This document shows, piece by piece, positions 1 through 12,105 of a stretch of DNA of 64,000 nucleotides. The notes below the pieces were generated by a model. It was not told the DNA's origin and made no database searches. It was given only the letters and a program-made list of their open reading frames with translations. Source of the stretch: the human T2T-CHM13v2.0 reference genome, Homo sapiens. Where the stretch lies: NCBI RefSeq assembly GCF_009914755.1, contig NC_060946.1; one strand, given 5' to 3'. The first letter of the stretch is position 1, and every line of letters starts with the position of its first letter. The position numbers and the translations under genes are program-made.

Positions 1-604
1 GTTCACCACACCCCCAAGCATGGCATACAATGAGTTATGGTGAGAGCAGGCACATGGGGGTCTCTACAGAGAGGGACCTGACAAAACCAGGATGGGCCCA
101 GGATCCAGACCCAAACATGGAATTTCTCTGCACTTTCTCCTAGGGGATTTCCATGAGTGACCCTCAGATCTACCCCCCAAAAATCTAGCCTTAACTGGTT
201 CCAGTGGCAACCTGGTTAAGTGTAAAGTCCCTTTTTACATTCTTGTAGAAATATCAGAGAAGACCTTTGTGTTGTTTTTACTTTACACTAGGCTATATTT
301 ATTCATGTTACTACAGTTTGTATAGTTTTAATTATTCCCCCCGATATCATCTGTAGCAGGCAGCTTCACGGTACTGCCAGCCTTTCTCCAAGACTTGAAA
401 GCCACCACTATCACTAATACTCTACAAAAATAGGGAAGAGTTTACATGAAAAAGGGGTTATATTGTTTCCTGCATTTGTCTGCAATGTGTCATCTAAGAG
501 AACTCATCCCAGTAGCCCATCAGGGCAGAAGTGGTGCCCTCACATATCTTTGTAATGTTATATAATGGAGGTCACTTCCCAGAGTGGTTTAGCCTTTCAA
601 TGGC

Positions 605-1520
605 TATTATTTCTGATCAAAATGGAATAAAACTAGAAATGAATAACAGAACAAAACAAAAATAGCAACATATATATGGAAATTAAACAACTCACTTTTG
701 AGCATGCTCATGTTTAACGGTTGTAAGACTTAATATTATGAATAATGCTTATGATGTCTAAAGCGAGTTACAGATTCAATGCAATCCCTTTTAAATTAAG
801 AATTTTTTTTTGAAATAGAAAAAGGAACCAACAAATTATATGGAATGTCAAGCGACCATAAAGAGCCCAAAAATGTTTAAAAAAAAAACAATGTTAGTGA
901 CCTCACCTTTTCTGATTTCAAAGCACATTACAAAGCAACAGCAATGAAAACAGTTTGTTTCTGGCATAAAGACAGACAATTTTTCCAATAAAACAGAAGG
1001 TAGCAAACATGTAAACCTCACACATATGAGCAAATAGCTATTTGCATACCAATATTCATTGGAGCATTATTCAGAAAGGCCAATAGGTGAAAGCAACACA
1101 AACTTTCCTCATAGGATGAATAAATAAATACAATTTGTAATATAAAAGTAATGGAATATTACTTAGCTTTTAAAGGCAGAAAATCTTGTACCATCCACAA
1201 TAAAGAGGAATCTTGAGAACATAATGCTAAGTAAAATTAGTCACAATAAAACAGATACTCTATGATTCTACTTATATGTAATATCTAAAGTATTGAAACT
1301 TAGAACCAGAAAATAGAATGATTTTTATCATGAGCCAGGTGGTAAGGACAATGGGTAGTTGTCATTTCATGTGTACTGAGTTTTAGTTTTGCAAAAGAAA
1401 AAATTTTACAAATATGTTGCATAACAATGTAAATACACTTAACATGACTGAACTGTATAAGAAAAAATATTAAAGATTCTAAATTTTATGTTATGTATTT
1501 TTACCACAATGGAAATTAAA
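605..1520 (+). mobile_element. Old L1 (L1M-type) ORF2/3' fragments
   Basis: L1-like motifs tctgatcaaaatggaataaaactagaaat, tggaaattaaacaac, ctgatttcaaagcacattacaaagc, atggaatattacttagc, ctatgattctacttatatg. Confidence 0.7.
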
Positions 1521-1533
1521 AATGACACCCAAG

Positions 1534-1827
1534 GGCCAAGAGTGATCACTCATGCCTGTAATCCCAGCACTCTGGGAGGCTGAGGCATGCAGGTTACTTG
1601 AGGCCATAAGTTCAAGACCAGCCTGGCCAACATGGTGAAACCCCAGCTTCATGAAAAATACAAAAATTAGCCAGGCGCGGTGGTGCACAACTTTAATGCC
1701 AGCTACTCAAGAGGCAGCAGCTGGAGAATTGCTTTAACCTGGGAGGTAGAGGTTGCAGTGATCCAAGATTGTGCCACTGCACTTTGGCAACAGGGTGAGA
1801 GTCTGTCAAAAGAAAAAAAAAAAAAAA
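1534..1827 (+). mobile_element. Alu (J/S), full length
   Basis: Dimeric Alu with A-tail; TSD aaaaatgacaccc(g)aag at ~1518-1533 and ~1823-1839. Confidence 0.95.
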
Positions 1828-3805
1828 TGACACCCGAAGAGACAGAGTTACAAAGTTTCTGAAAAATTATCTTCAAATCGCATAAATCTTTCTTTCACAC
1901 TAAGATAATATAAACAATAGATGTTGAAATTAAGACAATTTCCATGATTACTCACTTAGACAGAATAAATTATTGGCCATCAAATAAGAAGAAAATATAC
2001 AAGTCATAAACAAAATAGGGGCAATATTTATACAGGCAAACAAACAGTGAAATCATTATATTAACAAAAGACATAGGGATGGTTCATATTTGACTTCTGC
2101 CCCACACTGTCTTAATGCATACAGAGTTGAATATTGTTATACAATATTATATTATACAAATTAAAACTTAAAACAATAAACTAATATAAGGTGCCCTACC
2201 CTAAAACATGAAACACAGAAATGTAAAATTGCAAAACAAAGTTAAAATAAACATTAACCCCCAAATTCTTATTTGAATAATGAAATTCAAAATCATAATA
2301 AATAGGTAGAAAGTAAAAACACAATTAACTGATGTGAGACAGCCTACTCTAAAAAATACAGAAACATAAAATTATAAAACATAATTAAGAGAAACTTTAA
2401 TCCATAAAATCCTGAATAAACATAGTGTCCAAATGAAAAAGAATCCTAGGTAACTACAATTTTTAACTCTTCCTGTGAATCTATGAAAAGTATGAATTTT
2501 GAATTATTTGGATACAGTTAGGACAACAACATTTCAGAGAAAACACATTATAATTATTACAAAGAGCTGTGATGAGAAAGTTTTAAGGAATAAGCATTTA
2601 AGTAATACTAGAGAAAGTTTTAAATTATGCTACTGATGCATTGCTGCTTTTCTTACACAAAACGGTAAGGCTGTAATCTAGCTTTTAATTGAAAAGTATT
2701 ACATTTCTAAATATGGTAACAATATAAATATTGTAAATATAGTATAAAACATTGACATATAAAATAAAAATTGGAAATAAATTGTACTATTAGTCAAATA
2801 AAAGTTGGGAAAACTGGAAGAAGATGCTAATAGTAACATTGTGCCTAGAGTCAATTAAACATACAAGCCAAATATTTTAATAAATTATAAATTATATAAT
2901 TTATACATAATATATACATTTGAGCATGCTATTTTACAACTTCTGAAAGGAAATTACAGACAAATGTGACATATGATAATTTAGAAAGTGAAAACACAGT
3001 CATAGTAATCTTCATATTAAAGAAGACAGAATCATAAAATACTAAGTGAGAAATAAGGTAATAATTGTGAATTCAATATATGTTGAACAATATTCTAATT
3101 TCCCTTACGGAAAAAGTTTTTGTAAGAAATCAGTAGAATGAGTACATACAATAAACCATCCTACAGTAGAGGCTGTTGGCATATAGAGTTTACATTTCTA
3201 TGATTAGGTCCTACTAAGAAAAAGGAAATTTTAAAATAAAATACTTAGATTTTCCTATTTAATAAGATAATTTTTGCCTATAAAGTTTTTCTGTCTAATT
3301 TTCTTGTAGAATTAGGTTTTAGTCGTCGTAAAACTTGACATTATGAAGCAGAAAACAGGTGTCATCTGTCTCTGGTGTTCCTGGAATTTCTAACCCAAAT
3401 GCCAATTCCTCCACAACTCCCCTCACACACTTCTGAATTGAAGCACAACAGATTTATTAAAAATGGCATAACAGCGGTCTCCAGACATGTGCAGAGATTT
3501 TCCCAGATCCCCAAAAGCAATGACAAACTATTCAGATCATTTAGGTTCTCACAAGATACTGGGAGGACTTTGGCTTTCAGTGTGAATGCACTGGAAGATT
3601 CTAAGAGAGAGGGAGAGAGAGAGAATGTGTGTGTGTTGAAATCAGAACCCCACCTTATGTGTTTATTGTGGAAATTGAAAATGAAAGCCTAAAGTTGAAA
3701 ATTAAAATCACACATGATAGCACATTGCAAACTATTTTCTGTGCTAGATGGGTCGTTCTAGGGTGTAGGACCCTGGAAACACCGTTTTCCCCTCCTTCCG
3801 GAAAG

Positions 3806-6800
3806 AGCTACTCACACTGCTCAAAGCCTACATTTACATGTACCATGTCGAAGACCAGCTCAAGAACCTGGACCCATATGCCACCTTCAGCAGGGTTGAC
3901 TGCAGCTGCTTGTTCTTCCTGAGCATCTTCTCCAATGGTGACCTGAGAGTTGCGGGAGGCATTGGGGCCAGGATTGAACAGAGGAAAAAGGAGCACGGAG
4001 GCCAGGTGCTGAGGACCAGGCCATCTCACCTGGAGAGTTCTGGCCCTGAGACATCCAGACCAGCATGACGTTTAGGTGCAGACAGCTGGCCCTGGGTGGC
4101 CCTGTGCTGATCACCGGCCTCGGCCCCTCAAACAGTGAGAAATGGAAGAATGGCTTGGAAATGGGCACTGTCGACAGTGTGTCACCTGAGCACATTCTCC
4201 CAGGGGCCCAAGAGGGGCCATCGTGTCTCTAGAACCAGAACTGGAAGGTGAAACTGCCAGGGGGAACAAGGAAGAGGGTCCTCAGTTGGGTGGAGGGTCT
4301 CACAGCAAGACGCCTGGCTTAATCAAGCTTGGCCATTCCTGAAGCACGTTCAGTGACTAAAAGTGCCTACCATGAGCAGCTGGAACACACTCTCTGAGAG
4401 CTGCAAGATGCATGGAGACCTCAAGTACCTGTTTGTAATTACAGCCAAGGACCAGCAGGCAGCATTACCGCATCCACATGGGCTTTTGCTGGAAACAGTA
4501 AGTCTCTGCCAGCCCCTCCCAGGCTCCTGGGATGCCACTTGTTCTGGGTCTGTGGACAGATAACCAGGACACTTACTCAGTGAAGCCCATCGTTCAACCC
4601 CAGCCCCACCATACCCTGTCTCCTAAGCCATTCCTCATCCCAGAAGGAAAGGCAATGCCTTTGTCCCACAGCCCCTGCCTTGTGTCATGTCATGTGGGGG
4701 TATGGAATGAACCCGTCAGCCTAAACTCCAGTCCTTCTGCCTGAGGAATCTGTCCCCGCTGTCTGAGTCGCCCTCTAGGGAGCTGTCAGTGGGATAGAGA
4801 GCAGCCCTGGAAGAGAGGCCCACCTTCTTCTGTTTGACTTCAGGACAGCCTTTCAGGGCAAGAACCCAGAGCAGATGGAGGCCTCACAGAAGCCTGTGGC
4901 AGGGCTCTGGGCTTCGTGGGCTAAGCATCTCCCTCTCTGATGACTGCCATGGGGCCCACAACCACTCATTCAAGAGGGTCACCACCACATTGCAGGTGTG
5001 CAGCTGGACGGTTCCCCAGGCAGAGCCTGCCATGGACTGCATGCACAGAGACGATGCACACCTTGAAGTTGGACAATGAGGAGAACATTCCTGAAGAGGT
5101 GCATGCAGCCTGGCCCTGCCCTCACTGGGAACCCCCTTCCATCTGGGTACTAGACAGAATTCTGTGCACTTTTCTGGAGGCTCCATGCTGGTCTGTTCAT
5201 TTGGAAGTTTGATGCTGTCCGTGAGGAAGTAACAAAAGAGATATCTCAGAGCCGGTTGTTTGTCACAGGCTGAGCGATTTTCTCCCTCCCTAATCCCTCT
5301 GCAGACACGGGGCTGGAACAAGGACCTATGGATAATGAGGGAATTTCTCTTCGAGAACCTGCCTGAGCTGCTGCTTCAAGAAAGAGCCACATTAAAGGTG
5401 CCTATAGCCCCTGATGAGGGAATGGCAGCCTCAGGCCTGCCTGCCATCTGTGAGCAGGTTTTCTTGCTAACAGGATGAAAGCAAAGAAAGCTGGAATGAG
5501 CCCAGCCCTCTCAGGCACCTTGAAGACCGTTGGGGTTCCTTCCAGCCCTTCTAGCCTTATGCTTTTTGGCAGGCCACTCAGGCACCTTTTTCCAGCCTCT
5601 GAGACTTCCATGCTCTGGAAGAAGAGGGTCCCACTTTTCACTAGGCTATGGGGCCAGGCCCATCCAGCTCCCGGCTGCCACTAACAACCATGGGGCTCTC
5701 ACCTGGGCACACACTGCCCAAACATGGCCCTTCTAAGGCAGAAGATCATGTGTCTTGCAGTTTCAGCTTGCTAGGGCTTAAAAGTTATCAGTGCTGTTAT
5801 TAAGATAGGGAAGTGAGAAAGGAAAACTTGCTGTAAAAGTTTCCCATAATCTTACCACGGAGATCATCAGCACAGATGACAGCACAGGCAGGGCTGCTGG
5901 GGAGGCTGAGGGAGAGTGTCCAGCCTGTTCTGCCAGCTGGTCCTTGCCAGGGGTGTCTCGTGACCCAGTCCCTTAGAGAAGCATGCAGATATCTCAGCAA
6001 GTATCTGGAAGGTGTAGATCAGGGCAACCCAGCACTACTGATGGTGGAGTGGGGCTACCTCCCATCAAGCTGTGTCTCCACAGCTGACCCTTGTAACCCG
6101 GAGGTGTTTTACAACATGTGCAAGGCAATGAGCCCCATCAGCTGTGTGGCATTCAACACTCACTTCAACTCGTACATCTCACCAGAAAGCAGTGGGGACT
6201 GACCAGTGCAGAAGCCTGCAAAGTAGATCAGAGCATCATGGGGTGGGGGATGTGGAGCCTGCCTGCTCATCTGAGCACTTCTCCCTGAGGGTGTGATCTG
6301 CAGGATTCCTGAAGGAGGGCTGTGAGCTCATCAGGGAGGCCCTGAGCCTGTGGAACATGCCTGAGGCCAAGCCCATGGGGATTTGTGTCTACTTGCACCT
6401 CCTTGCTCATCTCAGTACACTACAGGTGACTGTGCCGAGGTGGGCCTTGAGCATCCCCTGGGCTGTGTCAGCAAAGGGCTCTGGGTCTGGCCTGGCATTG
6501 AGGGATGGCAAATAAGGGGCCTGGGGTTGCATTGTCACCCCCTATGGTAGCATAAAATGAGAGAGTCCAGACCTGCAGGACTGGAACCCTAACAAAGGGG
6601 TTAGGAGACTGCTCACTTTCCCTCAGGGACCCATGTGGAGGAGCTGAGGGAGGTTAAGGAGACCCTAGGGACTCACTTGTTCTGTCTGGGCTTCCCCCTG
6701 CTCCATCGTTTGATGACCATTTTTTGGGAAGAGCTCAGGAACCTCCTGTGCTCTAGTGAGACGGGGCCTCCCCTCACAGGGTATTCTGAGACTGTGAGTG

Positions 6801-7570
6801 AGAAGCTAACACAGTGCCTTGCAATACTCACGGGAGCTGTCATCCTCTGTGACCATCACGTGGCCTTGTAGTGTTCAGACTGCCTGGCCTGCCTGGGGTT
6901 TGGTGAGGCTGTTTTGTGGTCAGCTGCTTTAGAAGCTCACTTTCTCTGCAATCAAACAGTGACTGTTTTCATGTCTGTTTATGGGTTTAAAAAATCCTAA
7001 TATTTCCTTTATAGTAGTTCACCTTGTATGTGTTTATTTGTATAAATTTTATTAGAGTAAAGAGAGCTTAAGACAATAGCATTTTAAGGTCTTAATGGGG
7101 CATAGACTTTCATGTCACAACAGCTAATGTTGACCTCCTTTTGCTGCCTTTGTGTAAATTACACATAAAAAGTGCAACCAGAGGTGACTAGAGCTGAGCT
7201 TCTTGGGCTTGCTTGCTGGCCTGCAGTCAGGTGGACTCTGGCTGTGAGGCAGTGCCCACCCTGGATCTACATCCCCCACTCTCTCTCCTTAGTCCCTGAG
7301 TAACCAACAAGGCCGTGCTAATGAGAGGGCGAGTGATGGGCATCGGGCACCCCAATACTATCCGGGAAGATTTGAATGCCATCTGGGCTGGAGCTGTTGG
7401 GATTACGGGCTGTGGCTGTCTTGGCTTGTCATGGTGCCACCCACAGATGTGCCTGCCCTGTGCTGCTTCGCCAGGAGCCGGCTGCCCATGGCCCTGAGCC
7501 TGTCACACCATGCTTGCTACCTCATGCTGCTTGTGTTTGAAAAACCCATCCCGAGATGACGCTGCTGGAT
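3806..7570 (+). pseudogene. CLUH: Unprocessed (intron-containing) CLUH/KIAA0664 pseudogene fragment
   Basis: Exon-like blocks translate to recalled CLUH peptides: 3806-3949 HVEDQLKNLDPYATFSRVDCSCLFFLSIFSNGDL (CLUH [34 protein letters not shown]); 4132-4247 KNGLEMGTVDSVSPEHILPG; 4345-4497 [26 protein letters not shown]; 4581-4651 FNPSPTIPCLLSHS; 4952-5098 QVCSWTVPQAEPAMDC; 5305-5397 TRGWNKDL..NLPELLLQERATLK; 6084-6185 DPCNPEVFYNMCKAMSPIS; 6304-6439 GFLKEGCELIREALSLWN; 7293-7371 LSNQQ..VMGIGHPNTIRE; 7447-7570 CFA..ALSL..YLMLLVF..HPEMTLLD. Many AG/GT borders kept; stops and frameshifts present. Confidence 0.92.
5090..5185 (+). ncRNA. MIR1324: MIR1324-like hairpin paralog (straddles a CLUH pseudo-exon/intron border)
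   Basis: cctgaagaggtgcatgcagcctggccctgccctcactgggaacccccttccatctgggtactagacagaattctgtgcacttttctggaggctcca matches the recalled hsa-mir-1324 stem-loop with about 6 substitutions, so a paralog rather than the annotated locus. Confidence 0.65.
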
Positions 7571-7955
7571 GTAAGTCCTGAAAAGAGGGCATCACCTTTG
7601 TCCTGGGGGATTAGGAGCTGACCAGATTCCTCTTGACTCCCTCCCAGAACAAGTGGGGCAGGTGCTGCAATTAATGTTGCCCCCCAGAAGATGTGTTTGC
7701 ACTGGCTGAGCAAATATACGATGCAGAGACCTAAATGAAGACACGTGAATGGGGTGTGTGGACATCAGTTAGTAGCTGGGAAACAGGTGCCTCTCAGGCC
7801 TCTCGTGCTCCAGCAAGTGTGGAATATGCCTGTGCCCATGAGTGTAGACATCTGGAGTGTATACATTTGGCTGCTGCTTTTGCTGCCACTATTCCCAGGC
7901 CCAACCTGGCTTAAAGTCCAGGTTTTAAGTAAAAAGTAGGAGGCTTTTTGCCACA

Positions 7956-8052
7956 CAGCTACTTGAGAGGCTGAGGTGAAAGCATCACTGGAGCCTAAGA
8001 GATTGAGGCTGCAGTGACCCATGATTCAGCCACTGCACTGACACAGTGAGAC
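7956..8052 (+). mobile_element. Alu right-arm fragment (AluJ-like)
   Basis: cagctacttgagaggctgaggtg...gaggctgcagtga...cactgcact. Confidence 0.85.
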
Positions 8053-9823
8053 CTGCGTGTGCCTTTCTACAGAGAATACCTCTGGGGCATTTGGGGATCC
8101 CTACAGTCCCGGACCCTCCCTGTCCCCTGCTGCCTGTGCTTCTTCCCTTGCCTGCTGTCAGAGCCTAACATGGAGGAGGAGGTTGCCGCCCTGTGAGCCT
8201 GAGGGAGCTGTGTCTGACTGGAACTTCTGTCTGGGGTTTTGCGAAGACCTACTTATGAATATGGTCTGTCCAGATACCTTGTTTCAAAGGAAGTGAACAT
8301 GAGCTAGCAAGTGTAGCCACCCCACAGCTGATAAACAACTTTGTCTTGTTTTTAAATCATCAATCTTCATTTCACATTGGAATAAAGTAAGTGAAACCTG
8401 CTACCCCAGCCTCTCCCGTGTGTTCTGTAGCCCAGACTCATGTGGTTGTGTGGGCTGTTGTCAGAAATGTTATTAAAAGGTTATGCATAAATTAGATCAA
8501 ATATAAAATTATGCTTATAATGTCACTTGATTGGGAGGTAAGAGGGTAGAGTCACAGGAAATCTGTTGGGGTTTACACCCCTGCTACTTACCAAGCTCAT
8601 AAGAGTGTGGCACTGGTGACCATCACCTGACATTGGTGACAGAAGAGAAAAGGCCGAAGTGAAGGCCAGGTAGGAGAGAGGTGCCACGCTGTGGGGCCAG
8701 GCCCTGCGCATGCTGGGCCTGTTAGGTCACTGAACATCTAACTACCCGGGAACCAGCTCTTTTCACATCATTTGAGGTAAGACGATGGGGGAGAACTCTC
8801 CAGAAGTCACACTGCGCTGGGAGAATGGAGGAGAGTCTACATCCCGCCTTCTTAGGGTAGGTTTTAGATTGAGCTGGACTGTCTTGGAGAGCTAATGAGA
8901 TGGGAGGAAGACAGTCCCCCAGGTGCACCTGACAGCCAGAGCCTATGAAGTTAGGGGGGTTGTGTGGGGGTGGCCTGTCCCTATAAGAGGAGGAGCTTAA
9001 AGCTCTTAAAGCTGGTGGCTGCTGCTCTGCCATCCCTCTACAGAGCAGGCAAGTCCTCAGCTGCACGAATATCTGAATGTCTTTTGGAGTGTTAGAGTCC
9101 TCTGTGTCTTAGAAATTTTGAAAAGAAAAACAAATCTCAATTTTAATGTTGATTAGTTTCTCTGAGCCAATTGGGAAAAAAAACGTCCTTCACCTCAAAG
9201 GTTTAAGTCACACCGAAGGGTAGCCAACAGTGTCTCGGCCACTGAAGCCTCATGCACGCTCTCACTACCAGTTTGATTTGCAGCCCCATAGTTGTGTTGT
9301 ACTACATATTCTTTCCTCTGGCCTTGTCCAGTGAACACGGTTCACATGGCTAACACCACTTCTTGAGATGCGAGCACCATGCAAAGCTGAGAACGGATTG
9401 GGTTTTGTGACCATTGTGCCTCCTCCTCACCTGAGAGGCCCATTTTTCCTGGTTGATTCATTAAGTGTATTAGTGCTGTCAGTCGCCTCTGGACAATTCC
9501 AATGACAAGTGGCTGTTGATTCATAAAGAAAATGAAGGCTTTAGATGTGACACCCTCGTTTTCTCTTGTCCTTCTCTTAGGTGAAAGATTTTATTTTTTT
9601 CAAAAGGCTACATACTGGTATCCTAGCAGGTGGAATGTGAGAACGGGCATTTGTTAGGCTATGGTATCAGTGTGGATGGGCAATTCTTCAAGATGGAAAA
9701 CCAAGTCTCACTGAGTTGCTGGAGCCATAGTCACCTTTCTCCACATCCCCCACCATGGGCTTTCACTTTTCTCCTGTGCTTGAATTTTTTTCACATACAA
9801 ATTGTTTATACACACACAAACAC

Positions 9824-10086
9824 GTCACACTCTGTCAGTGCAGGGGCTGAACCTTGGTTCACTGCAGCCTCAAACTCTTAGGCTCCAGTGATGCTTTCAC
9901 CTCAGCCTCTCAAGTAGCTGAGACTACAGGCATGCAAAGCTACGCCCAGACAATTTTTAAATATTTTTCTAGAGACTGAGCCTACTTATGTTGCGCAGAC
10001 ACGTCTTGAACTCCTGGGATCAAGCGATCATCCCACCTTGGCCACCCAAAGTGTTTAGATTACAGGTCTGAGCTACCACTCTCAGC
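9824..10086 (-). mobile_element. AluJ
   Basis: Reverse Alu: cactgcagcctcaaactc...cacctcagcctctcaagtagctgagactacagg...ccaaagtgtttagattacagg. Confidence 0.9.
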
Positions 10087-10121
10087 AAAAATATATTTTA
10101 AAGAACCGTTACAACCAAATT

Positions 10122-10216
10122 ATGAGTTATGATTATACCACTGCCCTCCAGCCTGGGCACCAGAGCAAGACCTTGTATCCAAAAACTAAGCAAAACTAAA
10201 CAAGAACAAAAAAAAA
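10122..10216 (+). mobile_element. Alu 3' fragment
   Basis: tgagttatgattataccactgccctccagcctgggcaccagagcaagacc plus A-rich tail. Confidence 0.75.
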
Positions 10217-11627
10217 CCTTATAAACAAATTAAATTTTAAGATTATGTCATCTGTGTCCTTCCCTGCCCTCCAAGCTATCAATGTTAAATATAATGGTTA
10301 TTGAGAAAATGGTTAGATATTATTAAGAAATTTCTATATATCTTCCAGCTGAGAATAGGTATTCTGATGTGGCCCAAATATTTTCTCACCACTACCTTCA
10401 GGGTCTCAACTAGCAAATCAGGACACCTGCAGAGGACAGTTGGCCGTTTTCAAATAGAAAGAGAAATACCCCCGTTCATGAGAGTAATCCAGTGATTTTC
10501 AAAAAGACAAGTCAGACTGACATGCAGCGCAGTCAGGCCACAATTACCCTGGAATAATCACTTCACACAGAATGGTTGAGGAGACTTTCTAAGATGAGCA
10601 AATTTGGGCAGCATAATCCTTGCTTATTTATTCCCGGCCCCCGCTGCCCGCCTGATTCCTAATGGCCACCCTACAATGTGGTCAGCAGTGGGATGCAGCG
10701 TGGTGACAGAGGGGCTCAGGGATGGGATGAAGGTCTTTCCTGCATTATCAAAATGCAGGTTAAAAAGTTGTTAAAAAGATGTCCAAATATTCTAATTCCT
10801 ACTGTTAAATAGCTGCTAAGATGCATTATACAACAGACCCAGGTAAGGGAAGGAGCATGTGCATTTCAAGTCTCAGCTCACGTCTTAATTAGCTGTGATA
10901 CTCTGGGCATGTGACCCCAACTATACGAGCCTGTTTGCCTGTCAACCCAAAACAATCCTAAGCAAAAACACCAAAGCTTGAGGCATCCTGCTACCCGACT
11001 TCAAACTATACTACAAGGCTGCAGTAACCAAAACAGCACAGCACTGATACCAAAACAGATATATAGACCAATGGAACAGAACAGAGGCCTCAGTAATAAC
11101 ATCACACATCTACAACCATCTTATCTCTAACAAACCTGACAAAAACAAGCAATGGAGAAAGATTTCCTACTTACCAAATGGTGCTGAAAGAACTGGCTAG
11201 CCACATTCAGAAAACAGAAATTGTACCCCTTCCTTACACCTTATACAAACATTATCTCAAGACGGATTAAAGTCTTAAATATAAAACACCAAACCACAAA
11301 AACCCTAGAAGAAAACCTAGGCAATACCATTCAGGACATAGGCATGAGCAAAGACTTCAGGAATAAAATACCAAAAGCAATCACAACAAAAGCTAAAATT
11401 GACAAATGAGATCTAATTAAACTAACGAGCTTCTGCACAGCAAAAGAATGTATCATCAGAGTGACCAGGCAACCTACAGAATGACAGAAAATTTTTGCAC
11501 TCTATCCATGTGTCAGAGGTCTAATATCCAGAATCTACAAGGAACTTAAATTCACACACAAACACAAAAAAAAACATCAAAAAGTGAGTAAAGAATATGA
11601 ACAGACTATTCTCAAAAGAAGACATTT

Positions 11628-11945
11628 GGCTGGGCGTGGTTGATCAAGCCTGTAATCCCAGGACTTTCAGCCATGGAGGCAGGTGGATCATGAGGTCAGG
11701 TATTCAAGACTAGCCTGGGCAACATGGTGAAACCATGTCTCTACTAAAAACACAAAAAATTAGCATGGTGTTTTGGCGGGTGGCTGCAATTCCAGCTTCT
11801 TGGGAGGATAAGGCAGGAGAATCACTTGAACCTGGGTGGCAGATGTTGCAGTGAGCTGAGATCCTGCCACTGCACTCCAGCCTGGGTGACAGAGCAAGAT
11901 TCCGTCTTAAAAATAATAATAAATAAAATAAATAAAAAGAAAAGG
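11628..11945 (+). mobile_element. AluS inserted in L1
   Basis: ggctgggcgtgg...cactgcactccagcctgggtgacagagc; TSD-like gaagacattt before and gaggacattt after the GAA tract. Confidence 0.93.
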
Positions 11946-12105
11946 GAGAAGGAGAAGAAGAACAAGAAGAAGAAGAAGAAGAAGAAGAAGAAGAAGAAGA
12001 AGAAGAAGAAGAAGAAGAAGAAGAAGAAGGAGGAAGAAGAAGAAGAAGAAGAAGAAGAAGAAGAAGAAGAAGAAGAAGAAGAAGAAGAAGAAGAAGAGGA
12101 GGAGG
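11946..12105 (+). repeat. (GAA)n trinucleotide tract, about 50 units with a central GAG interruption
   Basis: Directly visible; two near-pure blocks of roughly 21-22 units. Confidence 0.98.

Noticed and set aside
7680-8390. Possible further CLUH exons and 3'UTR with AATAAA at ~8381
   Set aside because: Similarity too weak to support by eye
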